A stretch of DNA of 24,956 nucleotides from Alphaproteobacteria bacterium (GTDB lineage: Bacteria > Pseudomonadota > Alphaproteobacteria > JBFXJJ01), in contig JBFXJJ010000021.1 of the NCBI GenBank assembly GCA_050175015.1, positions 1-24,956 of the forward strand. The letters run 5' to 3'. Below the pieces are notes generated by a model. It did no database searches and was not told the DNA's origin. It saw only the letters and a program-made list of their open reading frames with translations. The position numbers were made by a program, and so were the translations under genes. Of the stretch, positions 1-9,668 are shown piece after piece. How positions within the stretch are numbered: the first letter of the stretch is position 1; the number at the start of each line of letters is the position of its first letter.

Positions 1-634
1 AAAATTTGTTTTTTATTTAAATTTTGCTAAAACCTTACATTAATAACATATTGATATTATTGTGTATTATATAAAAAAATACAGCAAAAAACCTTTTTAA
101 AAACCGCCATATCCTAATAAAGGTTATAACTATTCTTTTTAAATACCATAAATAACTGTAAAATAGTGTTTTTTATTGTTAAAATGCTGTAACAATAGAG
201 CGAGTCTTGTTGCGAATTCGCAATAGATTGCACTTTAAGGTAGAGGGGCGTCTAAACTTTATTTTATAAGTTTATGTAATATTGGTGGCTTCAATATTTC
301 TTTAATCAAATTTTGTATCATCATCAGTTTTTAGTGTTGGTGTAGATCTTTTAGCTGTGTATTTTTGAGGAAATTATACAGTATTTTTTAGTTTAAATAT
401 TAGGATTTTCATTTTATTTAAGAGCAATAAATCTAATATCGACTGTAAATAATTTCAGGTAGGAAAAAGTCTTTTGGTGTTACTCGTTTTATTTTTCATG
501 AAATAGATAAGGCTTTGCAATAATCAATCTATGTGACCATCGTATTATGATATAACATTGAGTACTAAATTATAGCGCCATTTTAACTTAATTTTTTCAT
601 AGTAAACGGGATCGAATATCTTTTACTTTTTGCA

Positions 635-672
635 TAAAAAAACACGGCTTATAACAATAATAAGCCGTGTTT
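635..672 (-). terminator. Intrinsic terminator downstream of the MCP gene
   Basis: Perfect 12-bp inverted repeat AAACACGGCTTA (640-651) / TAAGCCGTGTTT (661-672) with a T-run on the minus strand, about 30 nt after the MCP stop. Confidence 0.85.
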
Positions 673-699
673 AGATTATTTTAGGTTATTTACCTTTTT

Positions 700-2799
700 T
701 TATGATGCTCTTGTTTTTTCAATGAAGTTTTCTACTTCGCCTTTTAACAGTAGGGCCTTTTGAGCAAGGTCTTTAGATGCACTTAAAACGTCACTTGCTG
801 CGGTTCCTGCTTCTTCTGCTGCTTCCGTTACCCCTGAAATATTGCTAGAAACTTCAGCTGTTCCTTGTGATGCTTGAATAACGTTTCTTGAAATTTCAGA
901 AGTTGCAGCTCCTTGTTGTTCAACTGCTGAGGCAATAGCTGCGGAAATTTCATCAATTTTTGTTATGACATTTCCAATTTTTGAAATAGCGGTAACAGCT
1001 AAACTGGTTTTATTTTGAACATCTGATATTTGATTAGATATATCGCCTGTAGCTTTAGCTGTTTGATTTGCAAGGGTTTTTACTTCATTAGCAACAACGG
1101 CAAAACCTTTGCCCGCATCTCCAGCTCTTGCTGCCTCAATCGTTGCATTAAGAGCAAGCAAGTTAGTTTGGCTGGCAATATCTGTTATAAGCTCGATAAC
1201 TTCACTGATTTGTTGTGCCGACTGAGCTAAACTGCCGATAATACTCGTGGTTGATTGTATTTCATCTACCGCTTGTCTCGCAATTTGAGATTCTTCTGCA
1301 ACTTGACGCGCTATTTCTGCAATTGAGTTTGAAAGTTCCTCGGCAGCCGCCGCTACAGTTTGGACATTGGTTGCAGCTTGTTCTGAAGCTGCGGCAACTG
1401 CGGTTGCTTGCTGTGTTGTTTGTTCCGATATTGAAGACATTGTTTCTGCGGTCGAATTCATCTGCGTTGCAGAGGCTGTAACAGCATGGACAATATCCAT
1501 AACATCTGCTTCAAATTCATTAGCAAGTTTTTCCATCATAGCTTTTCTTTCAACGTTATGTCTTAATTCGGTTTGCTTTTGAATTTCTTCCATTTCTTTT
1601 GCTTTTATGCTGTTTTCTTTGAATATTTCAACGGCTCTGGCCATATGACCTATTTCATCATTGTTGTCTTTGTTGGGAACCTCAATTTCTAAATCACCGT
1701 TAGCCAGTGTTTGCATAATATTTGTCAGACTGCATATCGGTTTAGTGATGACTTTTGAAATTAGAAAAGCGACTATTCCAATAACAACTAGAAGAACTAA
1801 AGAGATATCTGTTAACTCGTTTCTTAAATTGTTAATTGGGGCCATAATTTCATTGATTGATATATCTGCAACTAAGGCAAATTTTGTGCCTAAAAAAGTT
1901 ATATAGTCATAGGCAGCAAGAACATCTTTGCCGTTAGTATCTGTAGTTTTAATGACACCGCTTTTTTCGTGTAAGGCTAAGTCCACGGCTTCAGTATCAA
2001 TTTTTTGTTTTAGAATAGTTGAATCTTTAGAAAAACGGGAGTTGGAACGCATAAGCTTATCCGTTCCAACTAGATAAGTTTCTCCAGTTTCTCCTAGACC
2101 ATCATTTATATTCATTATGTTGCTTATTTTGTCCGTAGGCATTGAAAAAGCAAGAACCCCAACCAGCGTTTTATTGTTTACAACTGGAGTAGCAATAAAA
2201 CTTGCAGGAGTGTTATTTAAAGGTTCATATGGTTTGAAGTCATAAAAAGAGATATAACCTTTGAGCGGTTTTTCTAATACTTTTTGAAAAACGTGAGCTA
2301 GATTTGTGTTTTTCCAAGGACCATTTAAAAGGTTGGTATTGTAGTCAGACGCTTTTTCAACAGAGTAAATAACGTCTCCTTTGGGAGATATAAGTAAAAT
2401 ATCGTCATAATTTTTGGTTTCTTTTAACTCTTTAAACCATTGATGATATTGGGTATCAAAGATATTGCTCTGTGTATTGTCAGAATTGTTAGTTTTGATT
2501 TCTTCTTGGTTATTATTTTCTTGATTGTTTTCTTTAATAAATTCTGCAAATACTTTTGCGGTGTTAGGATTTGATGATGTCAGCAATAAGTCTTCTTTTA
2601 TTGCGTTTAGATAATCATAAATTGTAGATGCCCTGTTTTTTTCTACAGCGACAAGTTTTTCTGCAACCTCGATATCAAATTTTTCTGAGGCTTGTTGGTA
2701 TGAAATATAAACAGTTGTGAAAAGTGAAAAAATACCGATAAAAATTATTGTTAAAGGTAATTTTATAGTTAGTTTGGTATCACATTTAAAATGGGACAT
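700..2799 (-). CDS. Methyl-accepting chemotaxis protein (TM - periplasmic Cache-type sensor - TM - HAMP - MA domain)
   Basis: 699 aa with two hydrophobic segments, a HAMP motif ([11 protein letters not shown]...DEIGHMARA) and the signalling hairpin [37 protein letters not shown]. The periplasmic [12 protein letters not shown] motif is typical of dCache MCPs. Confidence 0.95.
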   Translation of the reverse strand: MSHFKCDTKLTIKLPLTIIFIGIFSLFTTVYISYQQASEKFDIEVAEKLVAVEKNRASTIYDYLNAIKEDLLLTSSNPNTAKVFAEFIKENNQENNNQEEIKTNNSDNTQSNIFDTQYHQWFKELKETKNYDDILLISPKGDVIYSVEKASDYNTNLLNGPWKNTNLAHVFQKVLEKPLKGYISFYDFKPYEPLNNTPASFIATPVVNNKTLVGVLAFSMPTDKISNIMNINDGLGETGETYLVGTDKLMRSNSRFSKDSTILKQKIDTEAVDLALHEKSGVIKTTDTNGKDVLAAYDYITFLGTKFALVADISINEIMAPINNLRNELTDISLVLLVVIGIVAFLISKVITKPICSLTNIMQTLANGDLEIEVPNKDNNDEIGHMARAVEIFKENSIKAKEMEEIQKQTELRHNVERKAMMEKLANEFEADVMDIVHAVTASATQMNSTAETMSSISEQTTQQATAVAAASEQAATNVQTVAAAAEELSNSIAEIARQVAEESQIARQAVDEIQSTTSIIGSLAQSAQQISEVIELITDIASQTNLLALNATIEAARAGDAGKGFAVVANEVKTLANQTAKATGDISNQISDVQNKTSLAVTAISKIGNVITKIDEISAAIASAVEQQGAATSEISRNVIQASQGTAEVSSNISGVTEAAEEAGTAASDVLSASKDLAQKALLLKGEVENFIEKTRAS

Positions 2800-3226
2800 G
2801 ATTTTGCTCTTGGGGTTAAATTGTTGAACATCGAAATCATAAAAAGTTACACAAAAGTTAAGTTTGTGAAGCTTGTGTAACGTTTGTTGAAAAGAAATAT
2901 TTCTAAAGCACTATAATTAGAGTTTTTTTGGCAATTAAACCAATAGTTATCATCTTCCCCAAGATAAAACAAACAGATAATAATTTGATATGTAATAGAA
3001 AATATAATCTCCAACTTAACGTTGCATTTAATTGTATATAATTTTATACAACTGTTACTATTATGAAACACTTGTAAAAAAAAGCAAGATATTTTTAAAA
3101 GTTTTTTAATGTTATTCGATAAAATATCGGGTTTGTTATTTAAGTTTTATATATAATTAATTTTTCTAATTGTTAGAAAAGTTAAGGAAAATTCAACGTT
3201 TTTTTTATCGAATTTTGTTTAAGCTA

Positions 3227-4204
3227 TTACCTAGCCCGTTCCGATTTTTGGTTAACCAATATTTCCATCATTTGAGGGTTTAATTTTAGATTCAAAGTTT
3301 TTTTAGAAGAATCATCGGCGTTGTTATTAATAATTTTATGGTTTTTATTAACGTCATCAATAACTTTGAAAATATCAAAGATATTATCTTGAAGGCTCTT
3401 AACGTGAGGGTTTAAAACTGGATCGGGAAGGTTTTTCTGGGTATGAGGAAATTCTTTAGCAATATACTGCCACACGGATTCCGTCATACCAGTTAATTGT
3501 TTATCGGGATGAAACCACTCCCCAGCCGAAAATAACAAAACAAAGCCATTGTTTTCTTTGTCGGTTAGCATTCTGCGGCAGTCTCCTAAAATAGCCCCTA
3601 GTTTATTATATCCTTTGCCGTCAATGCCTGTTCCAAAATAACCATCTTTAAAGTTCAGATAAATAAAATCAGTATAATCGCCCGTTTTTTTCAATCTTCG
3701 GCTTAATTCGATATTTTGCATAACTTGTTTTTCGCAGGCTGAACGCATAATCCGTTCTCGGTATTTCATACTGCTCCAATTAGGGTTCTTATCAATTTTT
3801 AGAAAGAAAGTTTTTAATTTATTGGTGTCATCAAAATCAAGAATCCTTTTCTTATCAGCAGGGTTAAGAGCCCCTTTTTCATAGTAATAGTGAAGTCTTG
3901 TATGATATTTGTTAGTTTCATCTTCAAAAGGAAAGCCATCATATTCGTTCGATAAAAATCTTGTTTCTTTAATATCGTTATTAAAAAATATCTTGTCCCA
4001 ATAAAGACTGATAAACATACTTTTTCCTTCTTTATGACGTTTTAAGGCGTCATCGTGGACACAAGTTGAAAGATATTTATCTTTTACCGTTCCTTGAGTG
4101 TTTGTCGTGTTTATCGGCTTTGGTCTGTTTTTACTAGAAACAAAAGGTTTACCAAAAACGGTTTTTTTTCTAAGGAGAGTTATTGTTTTGTTTAATATTT
4201 CCAT
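3227..4204 (-). CDS. Protein with a divergent central NADAR/YbiA-like domain and unassigned N- and C-terminal extensions
   Basis: Motifs FLSNEY...YHTRLHYY, NPNW...IMRSAC...L..TGD and DGYFGTGIDGKGYNKLGAILGDCRRML match the YbiA/NADAR pattern (FSNF..PTSEHYF; W; D.YWG.G.DG.G.N.LG..LM..R) as recalled from the family. Confidence 0.65.
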   Translation of the reverse strand: MEILNKTITLLRKKTVFGKPFVSSKNRPKPINTTNTQGTVKDKYLSTCVHDDALKRHKEGKSMFISLYWDKIFFNNDIKETRFLSNEYDGFPFEDETNKYHTRLHYYYEKGALNPADKKRILDFDDTNKLKTFFLKIDKNPNWSSMKYRERIMRSACEKQVMQNIELSRRLKKTGDYTDFIYLNFKDGYFGTGIDGKGYNKLGAILGDCRRMLTDKENNGFVLLFSAGEWFHPDKQLTGMTESVWQYIAKEFPHTQKNLPDPVLNPHVKSLQDNIFDIFKVIDDVNKNHKIINNNADDSSKKTLNLKLNPQMMEILVNQKSERAR

Positions 4205-4339
4205 AATATAAAGGTTGCTGCCTAAAATTTAAGATACGTTTAGTATCAGGTTAAATCTACAATCTTTATGCTGGAAAAAAACACCAGCAATAAAGCCTTA
4301 ATTTTGGCGCACCACCAAAACAGCTTTACTGCTACCAAC

Positions 4340-4568
4340 CAAAACCCTCGTAAGTCAGACGGTGATACTAGTGCGGCAGGTCTCCTGACTCGTAGGTCAT
4401 AACTTTTTTAAATGCCTTCCCAATCTCTCAGTGACATTAAAGCCTTTAAAATAAAGGCTTTAAAACTTAAAAAAGCTCTCTACATACAGTTGCGAGGACA
4501 GTTTTGGCTTTTAACCAAATTCCCTATTATTTCTTCGAACAAAGTTTTGAAGAAACCAACACTATCAA
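4340..4568 (-). ncRNA. Cobalamin (AdoCbl-class) riboswitch
   Basis: The minus strand reads AATAGGGAA-TTTGGTTAAAAGCCAAA-ACTGTCCTCGCAACTGTA ... GTCACTGAGAGATTGGGAAGGC ... GAGTCAGGAGACCTGCC (B12 box). P1 is closed by TGATAGTG / CACTAGTATCA. L5 CCTCG is complementary to downstream CGAGG (4346-4350), the expected L5-L13 kissing loop. Confidence 0.95.
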
Positions 4569-4680
4569 TAAATATAAAATTTTTAGCTTGATAACGTCAA
4601 TATTAACCTTGCATAAGGGATAAAAAATAATCAAAATACAATTTTTCCAAATCTAATATTTAGCAAAGGGACTTTATGTA

Positions 4681-6099
4681 ATGCAAAGCGATGACATTAA
4701 ATCAATATGGGCAGAAAAATATTCTTGTGCAGCATCTCAGCTTGAAAAAATGAAGCAGGTAAAAAGTGTTGTAACAGCATTTAATGCTAATATTGATGCG
4801 ATAACAAAGCTTAGCAGTGCATATCTTCAAGAGCTTGCTCTTAAGTTTGATTTTAAATTAGAAGATATCAACAACCACGAGCGCAGTCTTAAGTCAAATT
4901 ATGATGTTATTAGAGGCATTATAAAATGTTTTGTCTCAGGCAACGCTGAAGAGTGGCTGATTGATGATCAAAAGATTTTTGCTTGGATTAGAGAAACATT
5001 TGAATACGACAGATTCCAATTAGGTGGTCAGGGCGGCGTTGTGGCTAATGCTATGGCTGTTTGCGGAGTGCAGAAAGTTTTTGCTCACTCTGCTTCATTG
5101 CCTAAAGAACAAGCAGAATTATTTTTGAACCAGCCTAATTTAGTTTCAACAGATGAAAATGAGGTAGAAAAAAAAGCGTACGATATAAATCGTGATGACT
5201 TGCCTTTAATTCATTGGATATTTGAATTCAATGTTGGAGATAAAATAACTATTGATGGGAAAGAGTTGGTTTGCCCCAAATCTAACCGTTTTATTGCAAC
5301 CTATGACCCTTTAAACTTTAGTTTACATATAGATCAAGGTTTTTCCAACCTCGTTTCCAAAAGTGATTTAGATTATATTGTCTTATCAGGATATCATCTT
5401 TTACGTGAAAGATTAGCTGATGGAACATCCGGGATAGACCGAATTGAAGATTCTTTGAAGCATATAAGAGAATGGCAAAAAAATAGTGGAGCTATTGTTC
5501 ATTTGGAAGTTGCTTCAACTCAAGACGAGAATGTTAGAAAATATATTTTTGATAACCTAATCGGCAACGTTGATAGTATTGGTCTTAATGATAGAGAAGC
5601 TATTGATTTATTAGAAGTATCCGATGAAAAAGATTTCGCAGAAACTTGTGATAAAAACCCATCTGCCAGTAATTTGTTTAAAGCAATATATAAAATTTTT
5701 AATAGCTCAGACTGCCAAAGAATTCAACTTCATATGTTTGGGCTTTATGTCACGATACAGCAAAAAGGGTTTAAAATTACTCCAGAAGCAAATCTTAGAG
5801 GTATGATGCTAGCATCTGTGGTTGCTGCATCAAAAGCAGGGACGGGGAGCATTGATGTTTATGATAACTTGCTATGGTCAAAGAATATTCCTGTTCATGA
5901 ACGCAGCTTGAAGCAGATACAAGAATTATCAGACCTTATCTCTAATCATTTTGGTGAAAACAGTTTGGCATCTACTGGTATCTATGCTGATGAAGATATT
6001 GAAATTATTGCGGTTCCAACTATTTTGGTTGATAAACCTTTAACGTTGGTTGGTATGGGTGATACTATTTCTTCTGTATCTTTAGTTGGTGCCAGATAG
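4681..6099 (+). CDS. ADP-dependent glucokinase/phosphofructokinase family protein (glucokinase-like residues)
   Basis: 472 aa with AFNANIDA, LGGQGG..AN, IHWIFEF, NRFIA, SGYH, HLEVAS, GLNDRE (NXXE) and C-terminal PT.LV..P...VGMGDTISS (GXGD). RBS AAGGGA upstream. Confidence 0.9.
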   Translation: MQSDDIKSIWAEKYSCAASQLEKMKQVKSVVTAFNANIDAITKLSSAYLQELALKFDFKLEDINNHERSLKSNYDVIRGIIKCFVSGNAEEWLIDDQKIFAWIRETFEYDRFQLGGQGGVVANAMAVCGVQKVFAHSASLPKEQAELFLNQPNLVSTDENEVEKKAYDINRDDLPLIHWIFEFNVGDKITIDGKELVCPKSNRFIATYDPLNFSLHIDQGFSNLVSKSDLDYIVLSGYHLLRERLADGTSGIDRIEDSLKHIREWQKNSGAIVHLEVASTQDENVRKYIFDNLIGNVDSIGLNDREAIDLLEVSDEKDFAETCDKNPSASNLFKAIYKIFNSSDCQRIQLHMFGLYVTIQQKGFKITPEANLRGMMLASVVAASKAGTGSIDVYDNLLWSKNIPVHERSLKQIQELSDLISNHFGENSLASTGIYADEDIEIIAVPTILVDKPLTLVGMGDTISSVSLVGAR

Positions 6100-6242
6100 C
6101 ATAAACTTGAATTGTTGTTGCTTGCTATATAGTTAAATTTTTTTTGATTACGTAATTCAAAAAGACAATAGGCAAAATTAATTTGGTGCCGTGTTTTTTG
6201 GGCGCATTTTTCTTTTGCATTGGTTTATCTGTATTTTGGTAT

Positions 6243-6276
6243 AAAAAAAGGCTCTAATTTTTATTTAGAGCCTTTT
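6243..6276. terminator. Bidirectional intrinsic terminator between convergent ADP-kinase and tpx
   Basis: Inverted repeat AAAAGGCTCTAA (6246-6257) / TTAGAGCCTTTT (6265-6276) with A/T runs on both sides. Confidence 0.8.
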
Positions 6277-6298
6277 GGTTTTTAAATTTTTAGATAGC

Positions 6299-6796
6299 TT
6301 ATAAATAAGATAAAACAGCGTCATAATCAGGTTCATCGGTAATTTCAGTAACAAGTTGACTGTGTTTTATTCTGCCAGTTTCGTCAATTACTAAAACCGC
6401 TCTAGCTAAGAGCCCTTCTAAAACACTGTTAGTTATTCTTATGCCGTAATTTTGACCGAAACTCTTGTTTCTCATTTCCGATGCAAAAATAACATTATCA
6501 ATCTTTTCTGCAACACAAAAGCGCTGGTGAGCAAAAGGCAAATCGTCAGAAATACATATAACAATGACATCTTTTTTCTTAGATGCGATTTCATTGAATT
6601 TGCGTACAGTATTGGCACATACAGGAGTGTCAAGGCTAGGAAAAATATTAAGAACAACCTTTTTTCCAACAAAACTTTTTAGAGTGACGTCGCTTAACGC
6701 CGTTGTTGTTAGAGTGAAGTCTGGAGCTTTTGTCCCTGCGACAGGCAGATAACCAGATGTATTAACGTTGCTGCCTTTAAAAGTAATAGAAGCCAT
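6299..6796 (-). CDS. tpx: Thiol peroxidase (Tpx-type peroxiredoxin)
   Basis: 165 aa with FPSLDTPVC, ISDDLPFAHQRFC, GLLARAV and EITDEPDY, all Tpx signatures. Confidence 0.95.
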   Translation of the reverse strand: MASITFKGSNVNTSGYLPVAGTKAPDFTLTTTALSDVTLKSFVGKKVVLNIFPSLDTPVCANTVRKFNEIASKKKDVIVICISDDLPFAHQRFCVAEKIDNVIFASEMRNKSFGQNYGIRITNSVLEGLLARAVLVIDETGRIKHSQLVTEITDEPDYDAVLSYL

Positions 6797-7101
6797 TGTG
6801 CCAAACGCCTTTCTTTTTAAAAAATTTGAAGATATGTGCTTTTTTAAAAAGCAGTAAAAAAATATTAAAATAAAAAATACCAGACTTTTTTCTGGTGTTT
6901 TTTATAATATGGCTAGTTTTGCCAACTAGCAACAATTAAAAGACTTAAACAATAAAATTCCTAAAATATTTATTTAGAAAAAACATTCAAATAAAAAGAT
7001 AAATAATAAAAATCAATATCAACCTAAATATAAAAATAAGCTCTAACGATTAATGACAAGAGAAGTTCTTTCATATAGAAAATATCGTATAGAATTTGAT
7101 A

Positions 7102-8562
7102 TTACACCTTTTTCTTTTCTTTTACTCCAACTCTCTTCATATCGCCCCATTTTTGCTTTTTCAATAAGAAGCGCCACCAGCCAATAATACGCCATATATT
7201 ATTAAATTGGCGGTATCCAAAATTTTCCAATATGCCAGCAAGACCAAGTATGAACAAATCTTTAGCAGATGAGAAACGTTTTAAGGACATTTCTTCTAAG
7301 ACTAAAGACATCATACTTATGAAAACGCCAAAAACGAAAAAGAGGCATAAAAATGCAATCATAAATTCGATATTTAAAGCTCCTAATAAGTAAAAAATTG
7401 GTATCAAAAAATATCCAGCTAATTCTGCTAAAGGACCAATTACATCAAAAATAAAAATAGTTGGATAGGCAATTATTCCGATGCGGCCATACCGAGGGTT
7501 TAATAACATTTCTATATGTTTAAAAAACACCTCTAATCCTCCTTGCTGCCAACGTATTCTTTGGCTTTTTAAAACGCTAAGATTTTCAGGAGCTTCTGTC
7601 CAACATACAGGTTCAGGAACAAATTTCATTTCATATTCTTGTTTGTTTTTAAGGCAATATTTATGAATTTTCATTACTAGTTCAAAATCTTCACCAATGG
7701 TTGTTGTTGAAAAGCCGCCAACTTTAATCGCAATATCTCGTCGAAATACCGAAAATGCTCCAGAAATAATGGTAAGAATACCAACGCGGCTCCAAGCTAG
7801 CCTTCCCATAAGAAAAGCTCTTATATATTCTACTATTTGGAAAAGAGGCAGCAGTTTATATGTTAACCGTACTTTCTTTATTACGCCATCTTCGACATCA
7901 CAGCCGTTAAGAATACGAACGGTGCCTCCTGTTGCTACTATTTTATCTGGTTTATCAATGAACGGTTGTACGGTTTTTAAAAGAGCAGAAGGATCAAGCA
8001 AAGAATCTGCGTCCAAGGTACAAAAGAGAGGATTCCTTGATATATCAATACCGACATTTATAGCGTCAGAACGCCCGCCATTTTCTTTATCAATCACTAC
8101 TAAGTTGGGATATGTAGGAGTGGTATAAATGCCTCTTATTTTTTTATGAATAAGATTGTTTTCATAAAATCTATCTGTTTTGTTTAAATTATATTTATTT
8201 ATTAACGCGTTTAATGTGTCGTCTTTAGAGCCATCATTAACAACAATTACTTCAAAAGATGGATATTGGGTATTAAGTGTTGCTTTTACAGTATTACAAA
8301 TGGTTATTTCTTCATTAAAAGCTGGAATAATAACGGATATGGGAATAGTAATATCTGAAGTTACAAGCCACCAGGTATGTTCATCATGCTGTTTTAATTT
8401 CATACGAAACAACTCTGCCGCAGCAAGAGGTATTTGTAATAGATAGATAAAATTCTGGAACAAGCCTAATGCAAGGATTGCATAGGAGAAGTAGACAATC
8501 TCAATATGAAATCTATCAGCAAGTTCTTTTGCGTAATCAAGCCATTCCATAAGCTCCTCCAT
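7102..8562 (-). CDS. Membrane GT2 processive glycosyltransferase (PgaC/IcaA/cellulose-synthase-like)
   Basis: IIPAFNEE, VNDGSKD, KENGG, LDAD (DXD), GED and QRIRW (QXXRW) motifs, with N- and C-terminal TM segments. Confidence 0.92.
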   Translation of the reverse strand: MEELMEWLDYAKELADRFHIEIVYFSYAILALGLFQNFIYLLQIPLAAAELFRMKLKQHDEHTWWLVTSDITIPISVIIPAFNEEITICNTVKATLNTQYPSFEVIVVNDGSKDDTLNALINKYNLNKTDRFYENNLIHKKIRGIYTTPTYPNLVVIDKENGGRSDAINVGIDISRNPLFCTLDADSLLDPSALLKTVQPFIDKPDKIVATGGTVRILNGCDVEDGVIKKVRLTYKLLPLFQIVEYIRAFLMGRLAWSRVGILTIISGAFSVFRRDIAIKVGGFSTTTIGEDFELVMKIHKYCLKNKQEYEMKFVPEPVCWTEAPENLSVLKSQRIRWQQGGLEVFFKHIEMLLNPRYGRIGIIAYPTIFIFDVIGPLAELAGYFLIPIFYLLGALNIEFMIAFLCLFFVFGVFISMMSLVLEEMSLKRFSSAKDLFILGLAGILENFGYRQFNNIWRIIGWWRFLLKKQKWGDMKRVGVKEKKKV

Positions 8563-9628
8563 AATTCTTACTATTGTATTCTGCTAGAATAGAAGCTGCT
8601 CTGTGAGAAGCTATGCCATCTTTTTGATTAGCTATTGTTTCTAGGAATTTTTGCCCGATAGAGCCTAAGTCATAAAGTTCTTTTCCAGAAGAAAATCCAA
8701 CAAACCAGTTTTCATCATTTAGTAAATGACCTAACATTTCAACAGGTGGTGGTGTTGAGTGAGCCGCGCAGCGCGTGACATATTGTCTTACTCGCCAATC
8801 GTCATCTTTAAAGCCTGCTTGTAATATTTCCTTAGGCACAGTTTCTCTAGATTCTGATAATCCTAAATAAGCCAAAGCTCTTAACTCATTATTTTCATGG
8901 TTATATAAAGACATTGCAATCTTTGTTATTTGTTCAGGAGCACCATTTTTTATCAAAGTCATAAAAGCTGGAATCTTTATGTATATTGGGATATCTTTAT
9001 CCTCAATCTGTTCAATAAGCATTTTTGAAATGTTACTGTTAAATTTTTGGAAAACATTGCATATAAGCAGGGTTGAAAAGCCTTTTTGCTTTTTTAATAT
9101 TTCGATTATTTTAGGAAACAATGAAACATCTCTTGTATGAGCCAAGGCTTCTATAGCGGTATATTGCACTAGAATGTTTTTATCGTTTAAAAGGGCAATT
9201 AATTCTTGCTTAACTTGATTGTTTGACCAATTGGCTATTAAAGAAATACTTTTGAATTTATCAGCTTTATTTCGGCCTTTTATTTTTTTTAATATCCAGT
9301 CATAAAAACCGATTTCTTCAAAAGATTTTAGCAAATCATCATATGAAGTACCCTTTAATACACGCAATAAATCTGGGGCTATTTCTGCTATTATTGACAT
9401 ATCATTTTCTGTGTTAACAATATCTTTTTTTAAATTTTTTAAAGGATTTGCGATATGAACCAGTAATTGTTGTCTGATTTCTTTTTTACGTATCGCTCTT
9501 TTGGCAGAGGCGTAATCTTTAAAAAATCTTAGTATGATGAGAGTAAAAAATATTAATATGGAAATTGCGGCGGTAATAAAAGTTACCGGCCAGACAAAAT
9601 TCATAATAAATTCGTTGAATTCCGCCAT
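8537..9628 (-). CDS. Membrane-anchored HEAT-repeat-like protein
   Basis: N-terminal TM helix, then helical repeats (LLNDKNILVQYTAIEALA; LYNHENNELRALAYLGL; FKDDDWRVRQYV; LLNDENWFV). Overlaps the GT2 start. RBS AGGAGA. Confidence 0.8.
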   Translation of the reverse strand: MAEFNEFIMNFVWPVTFITAAISILIFFTLIILRFFKDYASAKRAIRKKEIRQQLLVHIANPLKNLKKDIVNTENDMSIIAEIAPDLLRVLKGTSYDDLLKSFEEIGFYDWILKKIKGRNKADKFKSISLIANWSNNQVKQELIALLNDKNILVQYTAIEALAHTRDVSLFPKIIEILKKQKGFSTLLICNVFQKFNSNISKMLIEQIEDKDIPIYIKIPAFMTLIKNGAPEQITKIAMSLYNHENNELRALAYLGLSESRETVPKEILQAGFKDDDWRVRQYVTRCAAHSTPPPVEMLGHLLNDENWFVGFSSGKELYDLGSIGQKFLETIANQKDGIASHRAASILAEYNSKNYGGAYGMA

Positions 9629-9668
9629 TAAAACTCTCCTAAATTAAGTAAATTCAAAAATAATCACA

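Noticed and set aside
2847-3071. 74-aa ORF upstream of the MCP
   Set aside because: GTG start, AT-rich promoter-like DNA and no recognisable motif.
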